A stretch of 64,000 nucleotides of DNA from Candidatus Nomurabacteria bacterium RIFCSPLOWO2_01_FULL_41_18 (GTDB lineage Bacteria > Patescibacteriota > Minisyncoccia > Phycocordibacterales > UBA9973). The notes below the pieces were generated by a model that made no database searches, had not been told where the DNA came from, and saw only the letters and a list, made by a program, of their open reading frames with translations. Both the position numbers and the translations under genes were made by a program. Of this stretch, positions 26,504-37,276 are shown piece after piece; the first letter of the stretch is position 1; each line of letters starts with the position of its first letter. The stretch is from contig MFUZ01000009.1 in assembly GCA_001785865.1 (NCBI GenBank), forward strand, positions 15,309-79,308. The letters run 5' to 3'.

Positions 26504-27826
26504 ATGTCAGAGCCAAACCCACAACCACCAAAAAACTCAACCGCAAAGCTTGAGGCAAGACCGTTTGATACGGTTTCTAATTTTACCGAGTTGTATGCTC
26601 TTTTAGATAAAACAGCAATTGGAAAATCTATTTCTCATAGAATCATGACTATTATTATTGACTCAAAAAAATTTAACCCACAAAGACGATTTATTGCATA
26701 TACAAGATTCATGACAACATTAGTCGACCCTGCAATAAGAGATGCTGTGAATAGACTCCTTATAACACAAGACCCAGTCTTGTCCGAAATACAACACAAA
26801 GAAACAGAAAAGGCCGAAAGGGAAACCAGTGAGACTTTTATAAGAGAGACTACAACTCAACATATTAAGAATCTAGAAGGAAAAAAAGCAGACAAATGGG
26901 GAGAATACATGGACCAAACTCTAAATGATGCAAATAAGATCGACTCAGATCATCCGGGATTCCTCGCAGCACTTAGTACGGCTTATGAGGAACTTTTAAA
27001 AACTACAGGAAAATCAGTCCTGGAGACAAAACCAGTTAAGAGACCTAAAAAAAATGAAAACGAGTCTCCTGAACCTAAAGCAACATCTGAAATAAAAACA
27101 GAAAAAGGAGAAGAGGAAGTAATCGCAAGACTGGAGAAGGTGATAGCAAATGTGACAAAAGCACTGGAAGAGAGCCGGATCGCAAGAAAACTCGAAAATC
27201 ACTTATTGGCTGACCTAGAAAAAGAGCTGGTAAAATTACAGGAAGCGGAAAAAGAGGAAATAAATAAACAAAAGAAAGAACCTGAAGTGCAAAAAGAGGA
27301 TGCGGGCACAGAAGAAATATTGACTGATTGGAAAGAAACAATAGCAGTAGACACTACAAAAGTGGTAGAACCAAACACACCTGAAGCTGGAGACAAAAAT
27401 GAAGAAAGTAGCAAAAGTACAGAAGAAATGTCGACCCCTGAAAAAATAGGAAATTGTTTTGTGGAATATTGTAAAAATGCCGACAATCTTGCCGAATTTA
27501 ATGTCAAATCTTTTGGTAGGTCAGTGGCTAAGATTCTGTCGGAAGTGAACGTCAAAACGATTTATCGTCCAATCAATGCTCAAGAAACATATTTTGGAGG
27601 AAGAAAATCTGAAGCTTCTGACATGAAAGCCATATTGGTGAGTATTGGTGGGGAAAACTATTTATTACCTTACCCGTTAAGCGTAAAAGAATTTGATACA
27701 CTGGAAGATTTATTTAAATTTGGAGCAGATTCAAGTAGTCCGGACAAGATCCAGAAAATTATTCCTGCGGAAATGGCTAAAAAAGGCAAAAGATGGGAAG
27801 TGAAGACCATGGGTCAGCTTAATTAA
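26504..27826 (+). CDS. Hypothetical charged/coiled-coil protein (440 aa)
   Basis: ORF; Glu/Lys-rich middle, small globular C-terminal domain; no recognised motif. Confidence 0.45.
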   Translation: MSEPNPQPPKNSTAKLEARPFDTVSNFTELYALLDKTAIGKSISHRIMTIIIDSKKFNPQRRFIAYTRFMTTLVDPAIRDAVNRLLITQDPVLSEIQHKETEKAERETSETFIRETTTQHIKNLEGKKADKWGEYMDQTLNDANKIDSDHPGFLAALSTAYEELLKTTGKSVLETKPVKRPKKNENESPEPKATSEIKTEKGEEEVIARLEKVIANVTKALEESRIARKLENHLLADLEKELVKLQEAEKEEINKQKKEPEVQKEDAGTEEILTDWKETIAVDTTKVVEPNTPEAGDKNEESSKSTEEMSTPEKIGNCFVEYCKNADNLAEFNVKSFGRSVAKILSEVNVKTIYRPINAQETYFGGRKSEASDMKAILVSIGGENYLLPYPLSVKEFDTLEDLFKFGADSSSPDKIQKIIPAEMAKKGKRWEVKTMGQLN

Positions 27827-27845
27827 TAATTTAATTAAAGCATTT

Positions 27846-29723
27846 ATGGATAATATACCACAAAACAAAAAAACCAGAGAACAGATAGAAGCTGAAATAG
27901 GAGCAATGCAAAAAAAGGGAGCAGAAAGAGATTTAGCTGATGCAAAAATGAGAGAAGATTTACAAAGAGCCACAGAAGCTTTGGGGGCGATCAGAAAAGC
28001 AAGGGAGCAAAAACCAGATCCGACAGTAGAAGCAGACGCGGAAGAACAGAGAAAAGAAGCCCAGGCTATAGCGGAAATGGAACGAGCGAGAGCTGAAGCA
28101 GCAGCACGGGAGGAAGCTAGAGTGGCGGCAGAAAAAAAAGCTGCAATGGAAAACCCTCCGGTGAAATTGCCGCCAGAACCAACAAAAGTAGAAGAAACAA
28201 TTCCCTCGGAAGAAATTCCTACGAAAACATTTTCTCCCCAATATATAGGAGAAAGAATTACTTCACTACTTAGAGAGGTAGTGACTGTGGTCAGAGACCC
28301 GGAGGTTACAGGAGAGGACAAAGAAATGACTGTAAAGACGACGATAGAAAAATGGGGAGGGACTGTGGGCATACAAGCTATTTTAGAAAACAAACAAGAC
28401 GGTATCGGCGTAAAGAGATATAAAATTGAAGCGACATGGATGGTCAAAAAACTGGCAGAAGCATTTATTGGGACAGAACTTGATAAAGTTTCAAAACTGT
28501 TGAAATCTTATATCGAAAAAGAAGAAAAAAAAGAGGTAGCAAAAATGGAAATCGTGAACGGCGAGCTTCAAGTCACTTTTGGTGCAACTAAACCAGAAAA
28601 AGAAACGTTGCCGACGACACCTCCGCTGACCGAGGACACGTCCGAAGCTTTGGCATCCATCCAAGACCCATCTGAAAGTAAACCAGGGTGGTGGAAAAAT
28701 TTGAAAAGAAAAGCATTACCTATTGGATTGGCTGGACTGGCAGCTGGGGCAAGTTTTGTCGGTATAAAAGCCTTGAATAAAGAAGGAAAACAGGATACGA
28801 AAGAGCTAGCACCTATCAAAGAAGCCGTCAAAAATACTGCGACCAATGAAACGACAAAAGTTTACACAATGCCGGAAACAAATCTGACCGCCCGTGCCGA
28901 GCAGAAACAATTGGATCAACAAAAAGAAATAGAAAAGCTTAGAAAAGAATTCGAATCAAAATTCGCAGAACAAAACACAGCGTTTAGCAACCAAGTGGCT
29001 GAAATCAAAGCAAAAGTAGAAAAGCCCGCCCCACAAACTCATTCAGAAAAAATCGCCGACATACAAAGACGACTGGAAGAAGGAAAAAAAAGAAAAAACA
29101 AGGGGGAACCAGTACCCAAAGAATATCGAGTCACTGCCGATGAGGCCCTCTTGTACAATATAGAAGGAATGAAACAGCCGACAGTGGTGACGGGATGGAC
29201 GATAGAAACAGGTGGCACGACAACAACGAAAAAAACCAAACCAAAGACTCCAGAATCAACCTGGGTGCCTCCTCTTGGGGCAAAAGTGACTGGAGGGAGC
29301 GTGGATGCCGGCGGATTCAATTACAGTTATGATACTACCGGTGACAATTTTGAGAATCCTAACAAAATACCTAAAGCACCGGAAAAAACAAAAATAAATT
29401 CCAAGCTTTCGGAGCAGGCCCTAGAACAGGTAGCAGATACTTTTGAGGACAATATAGAAAAAATATTTCCGAAGGACACTTTGGAAAAATGGAACAAGCA
29501 AAAAGGCGAAGGCGCCTACGAACTCATGAGCAAAGCAGAGAAAAAGGTTCCAAAAGCAGAGAGAGCTTTATTTTCATACCTAGAAAAGCTGAAGGAAACC
29601 ACTGGATTAGAACCGGGGAGCGGGGTACGTGGTGGAAAACCTGAAACCATAGAACACTACATGCAAAGAGCTCTAGAAAAAGCAGCCGAGGAAGGAAAGC
29701 TGGAAGAATTGAAATTAAAATAA
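27846..29723 (+). CDS. Hypothetical Glu/Lys/Ala-rich protein with one central TM helix (625 aa)
   Basis: ORF; low-complexity EKA-rich; TM ALPIGLAGLAAGASFVGIKAL. Confidence 0.45.
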   Translation: MDNIPQNKKTREQIEAEIGAMQKKGAERDLADAKMREDLQRATEALGAIRKAREQKPDPTVEADAEEQRKEAQAIAEMERARAEAAAREEARVAAEKKAAMENPPVKLPPEPTKVEETIPSEEIPTKTFSPQYIGERITSLLREVVTVVRDPEVTGEDKEMTVKTTIEKWGGTVGIQAILENKQDGIGVKRYKIEATWMVKKLAEAFIGTELDKVSKLLKSYIEKEEKKEVAKMEIVNGELQVTFGATKPEKETLPTTPPLTEDTSEALASIQDPSESKPGWWKNLKRKALPIGLAGLAAGASFVGIKALNKEGKQDTKELAPIKEAVKNTATNETTKVYTMPETNLTARAEQKQLDQQKEIEKLRKEFESKFAEQNTAFSNQVAEIKAKVEKPAPQTHSEKIADIQRRLEEGKKRKNKGEPVPKEYRVTADEALLYNIEGMKQPTVVTGWTIETGGTTTTKKTKPKTPESTWVPPLGAKVTGGSVDAGGFNYSYDTTGDNFENPNKIPKAPEKTKINSKLSEQALEQVADTFEDNIEKIFPKDTLEKWNKQKGEGAYELMSKAEKKVPKAERALFSYLEKLKETTGLEPGSGVRGGKPETIEHYMQRALEKAAEEGKLEELKLK

Positions 29724-29732
29724 GAGAAAAGT

Positions 29733-31817
29733 TTGTGGTATATTTCAAGAGTGACTACCGAGGGAGAGCATCTAGAAGGACTAAATAGCGAACAGAGAGA
29801 AGCGGCAATTCATACGAATGGTCCGCTTCTTATCATCGCGGGGGCAGGCGCCGGAAAAACAAAGACGATAACGCACCGGATCGTGAATCTGATAAAAAAT
29901 GGTGTTTTACCGGAGCGGATTTTGGCTGTCACCTTCACCAACAAAGCGGCTAAAGAAATGCGGGAACGGATCATTGCAGAAATCAAAAAAAATACCAATG
30001 GGATTCACGGGCAAGATGGGGTTCCTTTCGTTTCTACATTTCACTCTTTAGGAGTTTACATAATAAAAGAGCATGCGAAGCTGCTCGGACTGACTAGGTA
30101 TTTCACTATCTTGGACGAAGGAGATGCAACCTCACTCATAAAAACAATACTCAAAGATATCGGCATAGACCCAAAACAATACGATCCGAAGAAAATAAAA
30201 AACATTATTTCGAGAGAGAAGGGCAAATTTGTACAGATTGCGAACTATACCGAGAGGGAAGGAGCCAATTCTCTTGCAAAAATAGTGGCACAAGTTTGGA
30301 GCCTGTATGAAAAGCAAAAAATGAAAGAAAACTCACTCGATTTTGATGATTTACTTTTGAAAGCGACAAGATTATTGAAAGAAAATCCTGAAATCAGAAA
30401 AATATATCAAGAAAAATGGGAATACATCCACGTTGATGAGTATCAAGACACAAATGAAGTACAGTATTTAATGTGCCAAATGCTTGCAGATAATAACAAA
30501 AATATTTGTGTCGTGGGGGACGCGGATCAGAACATTTATTCATGGCGCGGGGCAAATTTAAAAAATATCTTGAGTTTTGAGAAAGATTATCCGGATGCAA
30601 AGATAGTTTTATTGGAGCAAAATTACCGATCGACCCAGAATATCCTCGAGGCCGCCAATGTGGTGATCAAGAAAAATAAATTCCGGCCGGACAAGAACCT
30701 CTTCACCAAGAATGAGAAAGGGGAGAAGATCGGATTGTATGAAGCATTGGATGAAAACGATGAGGCAGAATTTGTGGTGACAAAAATTTTAGAAATCCTG
30801 GACGGTAAAGCGAATGTACCTCGGCAGGGTCTCTCGCAGGCCGACGGGCCGAGAGGGAGCGCTCTGTCAGCAGACAGAGACAGCGACCCTGTCGAGGTAA
30901 CATACGCTTTAAAGTCCGAGAATATCTTGTCCGAAGTCGCAGTACTCTACCGCGCCAATTTCCAATCTCGCGCACTGGAAGAAACAATGCTCAAATACAA
31001 CATTCCATATCAAGTTCTTGGGGTTAAATTTTTCGAACGAAAGGAAATAAAAGACACCCTCGCCTATTTGAGAGCAGCTTTGAACAAAGATAGCTTGTCC
31101 GATATTAAAAGGGTCATCAACTTTCCGGCGCGGGGAATCGGCAAAGTCACTTTGCTTAAAATTTTTGCCAACGAGACAGAAACCCTGCCGATAAAAGTGA
31201 AAATAAAGATAAATAATTTTTATCAGACCCTAGAAGATATCAAGGAAAAGATTGCAAGCCTGAAAACCAGTGAAGTAATAAAATTTGTATTGAAAAAGTC
31301 CGGCATAGAAAACGAACTTTCTTCCGGCACAGAGGAAGATGCGGAAAGGCTCGAAAACATAAAAGAGCTTGCGACGCTGGCGCTCAAATACGACAGTCTC
31401 GAAGCCGGCCGGGGGGTAGAAAAGCTTCTCGAAGACGCGTCCCTGGCCTCCGACCAGGACAGCATTATGATCAATGAAAGCCACAAGGAAGAAAAGATAA
31501 ATGGTGTAAAACTCATGACTGTACACGCTGCCAAAGGGCTCGAGTTCAAGTATGTCTTCATCACTGGACTCGAAGACGGCCTTTTTCCTCACGAGCGGCA
31601 CGGCGAAGGGGAGAGCATCGACCATGAAGAAGAACGCCGGCTTTTCTATGTGGCAGTCACTCGCGCCCGGAGCAAACTTTTTCTCTCCTTTGCAAATTTC
31701 CGCACCATCTTTGGATCACGCAATATGAATGCTCCATCAGAATTCATAGCTGATGTGCCCACAGACCTGCTTGAAAAAGAAGGCGAAGATAGTAGAATAA
31801 AAACCATCTATATATGA
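29733..31817 (+). CDS. pcrA: ATP-dependent DNA helicase PcrA/UvrD
   Basis: LNSEQREAAIH, Walker A AGAGAGKTKTITHRI, helicase motifs DEYQDTN, VGDADQNIYSWRGA, YRS, TVHAAKGLEF; probable TTG start. Confidence 0.9.
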   Translation: MWYISRVTTEGEHLEGLNSEQREAAIHTNGPLLIIAGAGAGKTKTITHRIVNLIKNGVLPERILAVTFTNKAAKEMRERIIAEIKKNTNGIHGQDGVPFVSTFHSLGVYIIKEHAKLLGLTRYFTILDEGDATSLIKTILKDIGIDPKQYDPKKIKNIISREKGKFVQIANYTEREGANSLAKIVAQVWSLYEKQKMKENSLDFDDLLLKATRLLKENPEIRKIYQEKWEYIHVDEYQDTNEVQYLMCQMLADNNKNICVVGDADQNIYSWRGANLKNILSFEKDYPDAKIVLLEQNYRSTQNILEAANVVIKKNKFRPDKNLFTKNEKGEKIGLYEALDENDEAEFVVTKILEILDGKANVPRQGLSQADGPRGSALSADRDSDPVEVTYALKSENILSEVAVLYRANFQSRALEETMLKYNIPYQVLGVKFFERKEIKDTLAYLRAALNKDSLSDIKRVINFPARGIGKVTLLKIFANETETLPIKVKIKINNFYQTLEDIKEKIASLKTSEVIKFVLKKSGIENELSSGTEEDAERLENIKELATLALKYDSLEAGRGVEKLLEDASLASDQDSIMINESHKEEKINGVKLMTVHAAKGLEFKYVFITGLEDGLFPHERHGEGESIDHEEERRLFYVAVTRARSKLFLSFANFRTIFGSRNMNAPSEFIADVPTDLLEKEGEDSRIKTIYI

Positions 31818-31864
31818 TCCCGAACGAAATCGCGGACGCATAAAAGAAATAAACTATAATTTTC

Positions 31865-32707
31865 ATGAAAAATAAAATCACAAAATTAGAAATAAGACAT
31901 CAGCGTACGCGTCCTATTTCGTACGGGATGATCTATAAAGCTAAAAAATCACTAGGACAGAACTTCTTGAAATCGGAAATAGCCCTCCGACAAATTATCG
32001 AAGCGGGAGAGATAAGATCCGATGATATAATTCTAGAAATAGGGCCGGGTAAGGGAGCGCTCACATCCAAGCTTCTAGCTTCTAGCTCTAAGTTGATAGC
32101 TGTAGAAAAAGACAGAGAACTTCTTGAATTTCTTAAAACAAAATTTGAAAAAGAAATCGCATCTGGGCAATTGGAATTAGTACAGGGAGACATTTTAGAA
32201 TTTAATGCTAGTGCCTACAGCCTAAAGCCCAGCGCCTATAAAATCATAGCCAATATTCCCTACAATATCACCGGTGCAATATTGAAAAAATTTTTAACTG
32301 AAAAAAAACAGCCAGAAGCGATGGTGCTCATGGTTCAACACGAAGTGGCCACCAGGATTCTCGCGAGAGACGGCAAAGAGAGCATCTTGTCGGTATCGGT
32401 CAAGGCTTACGGCAATCCAAAGATGGTGGCGAAGGTTGATAAAAGATATTTTTCACCGGCGCCAAAAGTAAATTCAGCAATCATTTCCATAAAAAAAATA
32501 TCTCGCCAAACTTTTCAGGAAAATAACGTGAACGAAGAAAAATTTTGGGAAATAGTAAAAGCCGGCTTTGCCCACAAGAGAAAAAAGCTCTCTTCTAACC
32601 TAAAAGCTGTGTGTCAAAGGGACACTTTAACATCTTTAGGAAATAAAAGGGCTGAAGATTTGACGCTTTCGGACTGGATAGAGCTTTGCACTGAAAATAC
32701 TAGATGA
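31865..32707 (+). CDS. rsmA: 16S rRNA (adenine1518/1519-N6)-dimethyltransferase
   Basis: KKSLGQNFL head motif and SAM motif ILEIGPGKGALT; start may be the internal Met near 31928. Confidence 0.85.
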   Translation: MKNKITKLEIRHQRTRPISYGMIYKAKKSLGQNFLKSEIALRQIIEAGEIRSDDIILEIGPGKGALTSKLLASSSKLIAVEKDRELLEFLKTKFEKEIASGQLELVQGDILEFNASAYSLKPSAYKIIANIPYNITGAILKKFLTEKKQPEAMVLMVQHEVATRILARDGKESILSVSVKAYGNPKMVAKVDKRYFSPAPKVNSAIISIKKISRQTFQENNVNEEKFWEIVKAGFAHKRKKLSSNLKAVCQRDTLTSLGNKRAEDLTLSDWIELCTENTR

Positions 32708-32718
32708 GATCTTCTTTT

Positions 32719-34041
32719 TTATTTAGGCGCTTCGCCCCATACAGGACTTGCAACATTGGCCGTGACGTCACCACAGTAAGGTCTGACTCCAATTGAACAT
32801 GTACCAGCATTTTTAGTAAAAAAACCGAGCTGAGGCCCAGCAATTCTTGGGTCCCCAACAATAGGTTTATATCCAGAGGACCACCAATAAAAACCTGACC
32901 CTTGGTTACTAGAAAAATCTGTCATAATTGTCAAATACCCGTCTCCGCAAGTGCACCTCGTAACAATACCAGTATTGGTGCCCCCTTCTGGTGTCTGTGC
33001 GTAAGCTTTTTGAGGTGTGAAAACATCAAAAATAGAATGAAGCATTGCAAGAAAATTTTTATTCTCTGAACTTGTTAAGTCGGAACCAAATGATAGTTTT
33101 CTCAAGCCAGATAAAATTGGTGCCTGGGAAGATCCACTACCATACCCGTTTTCAATTGTCACCCAAAACTTTTCGTATAATTCATCAAAATTATGCCCAT
33201 TATCATTTAACATTTTTCGTAGATCATCTTCGTTTTTCATATCTCGATACGGAGCCACAATATCGTCAATAGAACCACCGACTGCCTGCACTGGATCTAA
33301 GATTTGATTTAAAAGCGTAGACGGTAAATTTAACAACTCTTCTTTATTCATGGTTTTTACTTCCGGAGGTTGAAACACGAAAGAGATAACTTTGCCATCA
33401 CTGGATGGTAGATCTTCAAATCTAGCTTCGATTTGCCCATATTGGAGAAGCACAGTATTACGATTGAAAGAAAAATTTTCACCGTAAATTTTTACGGTAT
33501 TCCCAGATCTCACTTTTTCTGGGTAAACACTAAAAACCTTCGGGGGCTGAACTTGAGAAACAGGGACGTAATCTGGAGACGGAATACTAAGTGAGGCCTG
33601 ATCAGTTTGAGGTTTTGGACTACCGTCACATTTGGCACCAGTTATGGGACTATATCCAATACTTGAAACACAACCTGTGGGGTAAATACTACCATTAGCC
33701 AAAACACCATGGAGCACAAAACGAGAGAGAGGGCCAACTATTCCATCAGCCACCAAGCTATTATTTAACTGAAAAATTATAACCGCATTTTTGGTCAAAG
33801 GGCCAAAACTACCATCTGCGACGACTCCCACCTTTTCTTGGAGACATTGGACCTGTAAGCCTTTAGAACCCACTCTAAGTGTGTCGACAATGGTACAGTC
33901 GCCGGAAACTTCTGTTACAAAGACAGTTTGTAAAAAAAACAAAGAGAAAAAAAGAATAAAAAAGTGAAATAATCTCATAAGTATAATTATACACAAAGGA
34001 AGCCCGAAAAAGCTAGTTTGCTTTATAAAAAGGTGATACAA
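32719..34041 (-). CDS. Secreted protein with two peptidoglycan-binding (PG_binding_1-like) modules and an uncharacterised C-terminal domain
   Basis: LQVQCLQEKVGVVADGSFGPLTKNAV and LVADGIVGPLSRF modules; N-terminal signal anchor. Confidence 0.5.
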   Translation of the reverse strand: MYHLFIKQTSFFGLPLCIIILMRLFHFFILFFSLFFLQTVFVTEVSGDCTIVDTLRVGSKGLQVQCLQEKVGVVADGSFGPLTKNAVIIFQLNNSLVADGIVGPLSRFVLHGVLANGSIYPTGCVSSIGYSPITGAKCDGSPKPQTDQASLSIPSPDYVPVSQVQPPKVFSVYPEKVRSGNTVKIYGENFSFNRNTVLLQYGQIEARFEDLPSSDGKVISFVFQPPEVKTMNKEELLNLPSTLLNQILDPVQAVGGSIDDIVAPYRDMKNEDDLRKMLNDNGHNFDELYEKFWVTIENGYGSGSSQAPILSGLRKLSFGSDLTSSENKNFLAMLHSIFDVFTPQKAYAQTPEGGTNTGIVTRCTCGDGYLTIMTDFSSNQGSGFYWWSSGYKPIVGDPRIAGPQLGFFTKNAGTCSIGVRPYCGDVTANVASPVWGEAPK

Positions 34042-34102
34042 TTAACCTATAATTAAAGATATTTGGTTAAAACACAAGAGGATACTTCTAATCATTTTTG
34101 CG

Positions 34103-34978
34103 GTGCTTTTTTTGGTTGTCCTATTTCTCATAAAGAACACATCAACATTTAAAAATACTGAGACATTTCTAAAGGGAAATAAGCAAGACAGCAGTTTGGT
34201 CTACGGAGATATGACTTTTGAGGATCTGGTGAATGAAGATACCGATGGTGACGGGGTGCTGGATTGGCAAGAGGGCTTATACGATCTTGACCCGACCAAA
34301 AGTGAAACCACCCCGGGAGTTTTAGATAGTGTAGCAATACAGAAGCTAAAAAGTGAGCAGGAGGGATCGTTGCTTGAAAGTGATAATACACAAAATGTAG
34401 AAAACTTAACACAGACAGATAAATTTTCTAGAGAACTTTTTGCCATAGTGGCCGCGACAAGTCAAAATGGAGTAATTGACCAAACTACCATAGATACCTT
34501 AGGCAGTTCGCTTGCAGAAAAAATACAAAATTCTGTTCCGAGAAAAATATACGTAATTTCCGATATAAAGATAATAGAAAGTGATATAAAAGAGGCTATA
34601 CAAAAATACAGTAACGAATTAGCTAATATCTACACAAAATATAATATTAAAAAAGGAGTAATGAATATATTGGAAGAATTCATAGCCGATGAAACTAATA
34701 CAAGTATCTTATTAGAACTTGATCCCATAATAAATCAGCTCAACGAAGTGATAAATGAGTCAGTAAAAATGCAAGTCCCAAAATCTCTATCACTTATACA
34801 TCTAGATTTAATAAATAGTTTTCAAAGAGTGCTAGAAAATATAAACGATATCAAACTTTTTGATAGTGATATCGTAGTAGCGATGGGTGCCATAATACAG
34901 TACCAACAAAATACCATAGCCCTGGAATCATCTCTGAATAGACTTACGGAAGCAGTCAGGCAAAAATTGAACAATTAA
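34103..34978 (+). CDS. Hypothetical membrane-anchored protein (291 aa)
   Basis: ORF (probable GTG start) with an N-terminal hydrophobic anchor. Confidence 0.4.
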   Translation: MLFLVVLFLIKNTSTFKNTETFLKGNKQDSSLVYGDMTFEDLVNEDTDGDGVLDWQEGLYDLDPTKSETTPGVLDSVAIQKLKSEQEGSLLESDNTQNVENLTQTDKFSRELFAIVAATSQNGVIDQTTIDTLGSSLAEKIQNSVPRKIYVISDIKIIESDIKEAIQKYSNELANIYTKYNIKKGVMNILEEFIADETNTSILLELDPIINQLNEVINESVKMQVPKSLSLIHLDLINSFQRVLENINDIKLFDSDIVVAMGAIIQYQQNTIALESSLNRLTEAVRQKLNN

Positions 34979-35005
34979 TTTAGAAAATGTATAATAAATA
35001 ACAAA

Positions 35006-37222
35006 ATGATAGCTAAAAATAAAATAACAAAACTCATTTCCGCTTTCTTAATTATTTCAATATTGTTGCCTAATGTTTTATTTTCTAAACCACAACCAGT
35101 AGAAGCTCAAGGACAAGTACCAGTTTTGGACGCTGCCGCTGCAAAGATTCTCGGTACAATTGCAGGCAACGCTAGCTCCCTCAATCTTACGAGCTTAAAA
35201 GATTGGGCAGTATATATCGGTAAAGAGTTACTCAAAGTAGCTGCAAAAAGACTGTTGGCAAAAATGACCCAAGCCACGATCAACTGGATAAACTCGGACT
35301 TCCACGGCGCTCCGCTCTTCTTGGAAAATCCAGAATCTTTCTTTAGAGACATAGCAAAATCAGAAATCAGAAACTTGGTGGACATGATCGGTTATGATAC
35401 TTTCAGGTTCCCATTCGGCAAACAGACGGCGCTCAACGTGATAAGCAGCTATAAGAGCCAGCTCGAAACCAACGCTCAATATTCTTTGAGCAAGGTGATA
35501 AATGATCCGGACCTCTTAGTGCGTTACAGAAATGATTTCAATTATGGAGGATGGAATGGATTTCTCATAAATACCCAGTATCCGCAAAATAATTACCTCG
35601 GATTCCAAATGATAATACAGCAAAACTTGGCTAGCAGGCTACAGGGGACACTGCAAGCTCCAGCGGAAAAAGTCCAAAGCTTGCTCCAGCAGGGAATGGG
35701 CTTTTTGTCTCCGCAATCTTGCCCTTCAAATCCTGCATACAACAATGGTACAAATGAATTTCAACGACCGAGCTATAAATCAATACCTTACACAAACTAT
35801 GAAGTAGAACCCACTTATAATCCGAATGTAGGTAGCGAAGAATACATCGCAGAACACGGCGATGGGCGTCCCACTCCGACCAATCAAGCAGAAATAGATA
35901 TGGCTCGCGAGCGATGGAATGCAGACAACGCGTTGTATAAAGCAGACTGGGAAAGGACAAATACTTGCCCCGGTGGTTTGCAGGCCACTACCCCCGGCTC
36001 GGTGGCAGCAAATCAAATATTTAACGCGCTTGATACTCCTAGAGAATCAACAACACTCGCTGGAGCATTGGGTAATAGTGTGGTAGATAGTGTAGGCGCT
36101 ATTTTTGACGCTCTGATAAACCACTTTTTAGACAAAGGCTTGACTGCACTCGCGAGCACAGTAAGTTCATCATCAGGAGGAGACAATTGGAGTTATAACG
36201 GTCAGACTCTTGATGGCTCGACGCCATCCGGCACGCCTACGGCTTTGAACATACCGCAAAATGTTTCAGTTACAGTAGGACAGACGGCTAGTACCACTAT
36301 ATCTGGTGGAACTGCGCCTTACAGTATTCAGACACAACCCAATATAAGTGTAGCCACTGCCCGAATTGACTTTACCGGCTCTGGGAATCCTACCCTTACA
36401 GTCACTGGTATTACGCCGGGTCAAACTTTTGTGACAGTTCAAGATTCTTCAACACCTTCTAAAACTGTTGCGGTTCAGATTGCAATAAATGCAATTGGAG
36501 CTTTAGTGATAAACCCACACAATATTTTGACAAATACGAACGACACAGTTGTAGCGACAATATCCGGTGGCCAAGAACCCTATTTCATACAAACACCCCC
36601 AAATCAAGCAGTAGCGATAGTTTCCTTGTCGAGCACAGGATTGATTGTATCTGGCATTGGAGCAGGTCAGACTTCTGTGGTGGTGAGAGATTCATCAACA
36701 CCAGTAAAAACTACGATCGCTCAAATCACGACAAATGGCACAGTTAATTTAGTTGTTCCAGATGTTTCAGTTGCAGTGGGACAAACGACCAACACAACTA
36801 TATCTGGTGGTGTGGCCCCTTATAGTGTTGAAACTCAAAATTTTACATCGGCAAATGTCAGAATTGAAGGTTCGACTCTTATAGTTACTGGTATCACGCC
36901 AGGACAAATAGTCCTGGTGGTAGAAGATTCATCTACAAAACTTACTACAACCAATGTTACAATAAGTGACAACAGATTTTTGACGGTTAATCCTGAAGAC
37001 GTTTCACTGACTATGGGTCACACAACGAACGCAACTATATCTGGTGGTGTGGCCCCTTATAGTATCAAGACAGCGCCGAGAGCAGACAGAGCAACTGCGC
37101 AAATTACTAATAGTAGCCTAAAAATAACAGCTGGCACAAATGATGGTAGAACTTATCTTATAATACAAGATTCATCCACGCCAAATCCTCAGACTTTCAG
37201 AGTTAATATTACATTGCGGTAA
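35006..37222 (+). CDS. Large surface protein with 4-5 tandem Ig-like (Big-like) repeats
   Basis: N-terminal signal/TM; repeated about 85-aa units each containing TISGG(T/V)APYS(I/V)(Q/E/K)T; near-identical DNA between repeat copies. Confidence 0.6.
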   Translation: MIAKNKITKLISAFLIISILLPNVLFSKPQPVEAQGQVPVLDAAAAKILGTIAGNASSLNLTSLKDWAVYIGKELLKVAAKRLLAKMTQATINWINSDFHGAPLFLENPESFFRDIAKSEIRNLVDMIGYDTFRFPFGKQTALNVISSYKSQLETNAQYSLSKVINDPDLLVRYRNDFNYGGWNGFLINTQYPQNNYLGFQMIIQQNLASRLQGTLQAPAEKVQSLLQQGMGFLSPQSCPSNPAYNNGTNEFQRPSYKSIPYTNYEVEPTYNPNVGSEEYIAEHGDGRPTPTNQAEIDMARERWNADNALYKADWERTNTCPGGLQATTPGSVAANQIFNALDTPRESTTLAGALGNSVVDSVGAIFDALINHFLDKGLTALASTVSSSSGGDNWSYNGQTLDGSTPSGTPTALNIPQNVSVTVGQTASTTISGGTAPYSIQTQPNISVATARIDFTGSGNPTLTVTGITPGQTFVTVQDSSTPSKTVAVQIAINAIGALVINPHNILTNTNDTVVATISGGQEPYFIQTPPNQAVAIVSLSSTGLIVSGIGAGQTSVVVRDSSTPVKTTIAQITTNGTVNLVVPDVSVAVGQTTNTTISGGVAPYSVETQNFTSANVRIEGSTLIVTGITPGQIVLVVEDSSTKLTTTNVTISDNRFLTVNPEDVSLTMGHTTNATISGGVAPYSIKTAPRADRATAQITNSSLKITAGTNDGRTYLIIQDSSTPNPQTFRVNITLR

Positions 37223-37276
37223 ATGAGATAGTAAAAAAAGTGAGAATTGTAAAGTTTTTAAAGTTAAAAATTAAAA

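Noticed and set aside
34076-34112. Alternative upstream start for the 34103 gene
   Set aside because: There is no in-frame ATG before the in-frame stop at 34034. GTG at 34103 (or TTG at 34112) remains the most plausible start, although the Shine-Dalgarno spacing is poor. This is flagged only as start-site uncertainty.
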